Part shown: in pieces, positions 35,612 through 38,925 of the stretch | How the letters are laid out: each line of letters opens with the position of its first letter | How positions within the stretch are numbered: position 1 is the stretch's first letter | Source of the DNA: a virus | Length of the DNA: 38,925 nt | Virus genome (UHGV): UHGV-1366948 | Direction: 5' to 3' (one strand) | Position numbers and translations under genes: made by a program | The notes under the pieces: generated by a model | Seen by the model: the letters and a program-made list of their open reading frames with translations, nothing else | Told to the model about the DNA's origin: nothing | Database searches by the model: none

Positions 35612-36013
35612 TCACTCGGCGTCCTGGGTGGCGCGGGCCAGGCGCAGCGCCTGGCGGATGCCCAGGCTGATATTACCGTCGCCCAGCTGTGCGGCGGTCT
35701 GCAGGCTGTCATCGTCCAGGTAGAGCTGGATGCGGCGCCCGCCCACCGAACGCGGCCGGCCCGCGCCACGCCGGCGCCCGGTTGTCCGCATTGCTTCGGC
35801 GAAGATGTCGCCTGCCTCGCGAGCGATACGGCTGACCTGCGACGCCTGCACTGCGCTGGAGTCTGGTGCGGCGACGCAGCGCCCGTCGGTTGCCGTGGGG
35901 TCATCGTCCGCTGGCGCGAAGGCAAAGACCCAGCCGTCCCGATGGGAGGCCGTGCCGGCCTCCAGATCCACGGTCCAGCGCGAGCGCCAGCCCCGGTTCG
36001 GGTGATTCGTCAT
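35612..36013 (-). CDS. Ribbon-helix-helix domain protein (133 aa from ATG; ORF track start is a GTG at 36028)
   Basis: C-terminal RRIQLYLDDDSLQTAAQLGDGNISLGIRQALRLA fits the RHH beta-alpha-alpha pattern. ATGA coupling to the upstream 126-aa gene. Occupies the position of ogr in P2 (between gpD and int). Confidence 0.5.
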   Translation of the reverse strand: MTNHPNRGWRSRWTVDLEAGTASHRDGWVFAFAPADDDPTATDGRCVAAPDSSAVQASQVSRIAREAGDIFAEAMRTTGRRRGAGRPRSVGGRRIQLYLDDDSLQTAAQLGDGNISLGIRQALRLARATQDAE

Positions 36014-36390
36014 GCGGAGGTCTGCCACATGGCTACCTCGGCGCGGGCCTGGTCGCCGACGTGGTAGCTCTCTGCGGCCTCGATGAAGGCGGCCGCCCCC
36101 TCCGGGGTCATGGGCCAGATCTGGTACAGGCGGCCGTCGCTGGCAAGCTGCTCGATCGACAGATCCAGCGCCTCGGCGTCTGTCAGCTCGCGTGCCGGGC
36201 GTGGGTCACCGTTTTCGTCCTCGACCCATTCCACGCCGGCCAGATCCTCAAGCAGGGTGCCCGATGGTGCCATCTCTTCAGCGGCAGCGATGATGATCCG
36301 GCTCCAGTTCGTCCAGGATGCCCGGGGGCGCAGGCCGCCGGCGTTGCGGGAGGTGTCGCTGTAGAGGACGTAGTAGGCGGTGTTCTTCAT
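36010..36390 (-). CDS. Hypothetical acidic protein (126 aa), first gene of a two-gene unit with the RHH protein
   Basis: AGGAAG sits 7 nt upstream of ATG 36390. Translationally coupled to the downstream RHH gene. Confidence 0.5.
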   Translation of the reverse strand: MKNTAYYVLYSDTSRNAGGLRPRASWTNWSRIIIAAAEEMAPSGTLLEDLAGVEWVEDENGDPRPARELTDAEALDLSIEQLASDGRLYQIWPMTPEGAAAFIEAAESYHVGDQARAEVAMWQTSA

Positions 36391-36558
36391 GGCGTGCTTC
36401 CTGCCCCTGATGCCCCGAGGCGCGGTCGGGCGGCCGGTTGCCGTCCGTGCGGTCAATTATATGCACACAAAATCAACGAGGGAGGAACTGCGTCACGATC
36501 GGGCGACGCGCTGCGGCGCCTGGCGCAGAAGTGTCGCAGCACGAAAGCGCCGAGGTCA

Positions 36559-36840
36559 TTACGCCCGCGCAGCAGCCTGTGCCTCGGCGGCCAGGCGGGC
36601 GTTGCTTTGGGTCATTCTGATGAGGGCCTGATCGAATTCCGGCCGCACGATGAAAAGCTGGCGACCGATCTTTACGACGGCCCCCGCCCTGGTCAGTTCG
36701 TCGTGGTTGCATCGCATGAACCAGCGAAGGGATGCGGTGCTGCAGAAAAAGCGTTTTCCGTCCTCGGAGTTCACAAAATCCTTTGTGCTCTGAAGGTCGC
36801 TGAGTGTTCTGTGGTGGTTGGTTGTTTCTTTGGGCTCCAT
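36559..36840 (-). CDS. AlpA/Xis-like winged-HTH DNA-binding protein (93 aa), candidate excisionase or regulator
   Basis: SLRWFMRCNHDELTRAGAVVKIGRQLFIVRPEFDQAL resembles the excisionase/AlpA HTH family. The larger ORF 36559..37287 has non-coding-like upstream residues. Confidence 0.5.
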   Translation of the reverse strand: MEPKETTNHHRTLSDLQSTKDFVNSEDGKRFFCSTASLRWFMRCNHDELTRAGAVVKIGRQLFIVRPEFDQALIRMTQSNARLAAEAQAAARA

Positions 36841-37033
36841 ATTTGCGTCCTGTGATTCCTTTGTGCGTCCGTGACTAGCGGCGACGCGCAAGTATCTGGC
36901 TGGGGCGCTGGATTTGTCATGGCGAGATATCGCCGGAAAAGCGCGAATTTTAGGAGCCTGAATAAATCGAATGCCGCCCTGCCCTTTTGTTCTCGTGATG
37001 TCGCGCCGACGCGGGAATGAGGGGCCTTCTGGC

Positions 37034-37768
37034 CTATATCTCGCGCGCAGGGCTGCCAATAAATACAACGGCCGCCTCTTCCAATTGGCGCGCATCAGCG
37101 GCCAGGTTTTCCGCGACAACTCCGGCCGAGGCGCCTCCCTTGTTCCCTGGCTCTCGGGTATCCAGCAGGCGCTGCCTGATGAGCTGCAGCTGCTGGTACA
37201 GGTCATCCAGGTAGCGATCTCGGAGGTAGTGCCGCACATCATGGTCCGGCGATTGAGGGATGCCAGCGATCTCAAACACCCCCTCAATCAAGAGGCGGTA
37301 GCGCCCGGCCCCTGATATCGTCGTATGCAGCCCGGTCCGCGCCGCTGCCAGCGTCGTCGAGGAGATGAGCTGGAGCCGCAAGATCCGTTCTTCGCTGATG
37401 GGACGCCCTCGCGTTGGCGCGAGGTTGCGCGCGCTCCGGGATGCTGCATCCACCAGGGCGTGCCCGGGCTCAGACGCCAGATCCTGGAGCGCCCCCAGGG
37501 TGCTTGGCGCAAGCTGATCACTCGCTGCGGACTGGCCCAGGAAGCCAGTCCAGGCCGCCCCGCCCTCCGAGGCGATCCGGACGAGCGTCTGTAGCGCCTG
37601 ATGAAGCGCTTCGGCATCCCTGTTTTTGCCGCCGCGCGCCGGGCTGCGCAGGCGCATGGCGGCCCGCGCCTCCTGGTAGCGCCGCACAGCGGCCTCGATC
37701 TCTTGCATGGCGCGCTGACTGCCTTGCAGCAGGCGCAACAGTGTCGCGCGTTGCGCCTGAGCGGCCAT
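37034..37768 (-). CDS. Hypothetical protein (244 aa) translationally coupled to the integrase (TGATG overlap)
   Basis: ATG at 37768 overlaps the int stop. High GC3. No recognisable motif. Confidence 0.4.
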   Translation of the reverse strand: MAAQAQRATLLRLLQGSQRAMQEIEAAVRRYQEARAAMRLRSPARGGKNRDAEALHQALQTLVRIASEGGAAWTGFLGQSAASDQLAPSTLGALQDLASEPGHALVDAASRSARNLAPTRGRPISEERILRLQLISSTTLAAARTGLHTTISGAGRYRLLIEGVFEIAGIPQSPDHDVRHYLRDRYLDDLYQQLQLIRQRLLDTREPGNKGGASAGVVAENLAADARQLEEAAVVFIGSPAREI

Positions 37769-38724
37769 CACGCCGCCTTGTCGCCAAAGACCTTGGCGAG
37801 CATGGCTTCCCTGGTATCCACGCACAGGTGCGCGTACCTCTGGGTCATGGCCAGGCTCTTGTGGCCCAGGCTATCTGCAATGGCCAAGAGGGGCTGTCCT
37901 TGCCTGGCCAGCCAGCTGGCATGGGTGTGCCGAAGCGTATGGAAGACGGCGCCTTCGATGCCGGCGCGCTCCAGGGCGTTGTAGTACGCCTTCTCGATGT
38001 TCATCGGCTTCCCCGGCGAGCGACCGCAGAACACCAGGTCATCGTCCCTGGCTCCTCGCCGCAGGGACTTCAGCTCATCTGCGACATCCCCTTGCAGGAC
38101 GAGCACGAAGGGCTCGCCGTTTTTCGTGCGCTCGACAAACGCGCGCCGGGCGCCCAGGTCCAGATCCTTCCAGCGCAGCCCCAGTAACGTGCCCTTGCGT
38201 GCGCCGGTGGTCACCGCCAGCTTGATGAGGACATGCAGCTTCTTCCAGTACGAGACCTTGGCCGACGCAAGCAGGCGCTGATACTCATCAGAGGAAAGGA
38301 ACCTGACCCGGCTGTTATCGACCGGGAGCAGCTCGGTTTCGCGCACCGGGTTGAGCCAGCCTTTCGGCATGAGGCGGCGCTTTTGTGCCCACGTCAGCAC
38401 GGCCTGGATGGTCGAGCGGTACCGGTTGATGGTGGCTGGTGCCAACGGGCGCCCGGTGCTGACGATGCTGACGCCTTCGCGGGTGGCGCCTCCTCGGTTC
38501 AGGAGGCAGCCGCGCATCCGGAGGGCTTCCAGGGCGTCCTGGATGTCGTCGCCGTCGATCTCGGCAGCGACCTTGCCTCCCAGCTGCTCGACAAAGAAAG
38601 CGAGGCGCTGACCCTGGCCAACATTGTTCTTTCGGTAGCAGGCCATGTAGACGTCAGCCAGCTCTTTGAGGGTGAAACGTTGCTCCCTAGTCAGGGGGGC
38701 AGAAACAGCGTTTTCGAGTGTCAT
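37768..38724 (-). CDS. int: Tyrosine integrase (phage integrase family)
   Basis: Catalytic motifs R...HTLRHTHAS...LGHKSLAMTQRYAHL (R-H-R-Y). Confidence 0.9.
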   Translation of the reverse strand: MTLENAVSAPLTREQRFTLKELADVYMACYRKNNVGQGQRLAFFVEQLGGKVAAEIDGDDIQDALEALRMRGCLLNRGGATREGVSIVSTGRPLAPATINRYRSTIQAVLTWAQKRRLMPKGWLNPVRETELLPVDNSRVRFLSSDEYQRLLASAKVSYWKKLHVLIKLAVTTGARKGTLLGLRWKDLDLGARRAFVERTKNGEPFVLVLQGDVADELKSLRRGARDDDLVFCGRSPGKPMNIEKAYYNALERAGIEGAVFHTLRHTHASWLARQGQPLLAIADSLGHKSLAMTQRYAHLCVDTREAMLAKVFGDKAA

Positions 38725-38925
38725 TTACGGCTCCGATCAAGGTGAGGGACCAAAACCGTTTCTGGCAGGGCTGGTGCTTGCTAACCGTTTGATTTCTCCG
38801 GGAGTTTCCCCCCAAAACGCTGTTGCGCTCAGGGACCATCCCCCTTCACAGTAACAAGTGTAAAACCGCCCAATTACCAAAAACTTTGGGTATCGCTCCT
38901 GTCGGCGCTAAGTCATTGACACACA

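Larger units (their letters stand above)
8..38925. mobile_element. Integrated temperate prophage (lambda-like regulation/head + P2-like contractile tail), spans the window; right end presumably just beyond the window
   Basis: Contiguous phage modules from a tRNA 3' fragment at the left edge to a tyrosine integrase at the right edge. Gene order runs recombination, cI/cro, replication, lysis, terminase, head, tail, int. Confidence 0.8.

Noticed and set aside
36391-36558. Promoter (TATAAT) in the xis-126-aa intergenic region
   Set aside because: A perfect TATAAT is present on the minus strand, but the best -35 (TTGATT) is only 8-9 nt away. No convincing promoter geometry.
35866-36855. 329-aa plus-strand ORF across the gpD-int cargo region
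   Set aside because: Overlaps four minus-strand genes that have RBSs and translational coupling. Arg/Pro-rich composition; judged antisense artefact.
37414-38187. 257-aa plus-strand ORF
   Set aside because: Antisense to the integrase gene.

Overview
The whole window reads as one GC-rich (about 65-68% GC) temperate prophage of a proteobacterial host, probably Burkholderiales-like; no searches were run.

**Boundaries**
- Left edge: a 3' tRNA fragment (positions 8..45, minus strand), consistent with the duplicated att core, with its CCA end facing outward.
- Right edge: a tyrosine integrase (37768..38724, minus). The intact tRNA/attL presumably lies just beyond the window.

**Organisation, left to right**
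- A leftward early operon carrying a recombination module (RecT/Redbeta-like annealing protein, PD-(D/E)XK nuclease, SSB), ending in an intrinsic terminator.
- An immunity region: an LexA/CI-type repressor and a divergent Cro-like gene, with near-consensus sigma70 promoters. A lysogeny-expressed gene downstream of cI carries a 21-22 nt poly(C) tract.
- A replication module: DUF1376-type initiator plus DnaC-like loader, with an ori-like repeat island inside the initiator gene.
- A nin-like region (NinB and a zinc-binding protein) and a Mor/C-like late activator.
- A lysis cassette: holin, NlpC/P60-type endolysin, and overlapped Rz/Rz1 spanins.
- A ParB-DNA methyltransferase fusion.
- Lambda-type packaging and head genes: Nu1-like TerS, gpA TerL, gpW-like protein, lambda-type portal, prohead-protease-HK97-capsid fusion, gpFII-like joining protein.
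- A complete P2-type contractile tail module (V W J I H G FI FII E/E' T U X D), with a canonical GGGTTTT -1 frameshift site for E'.
- Between gpD and the integrase, a cargo of four small leftward genes, including an RHH-domain protein and an AlpA/Xis-like HTH protein.

**Most notable non-coding observations**
- A near-perfect promoter abutting the C21-22 tract.
- A 12-mer ACCACAAGTGGA repeated three times before late genes.
- A G8 tract in the methyltransferase linker.
- An iteron/palindrome island in the initiator gene.
- A lower-GC tail-fibre/chaperone cassette.

Functional calls rest on motifs recalled from memory and are inference unless marked as directly seen in the sequence.
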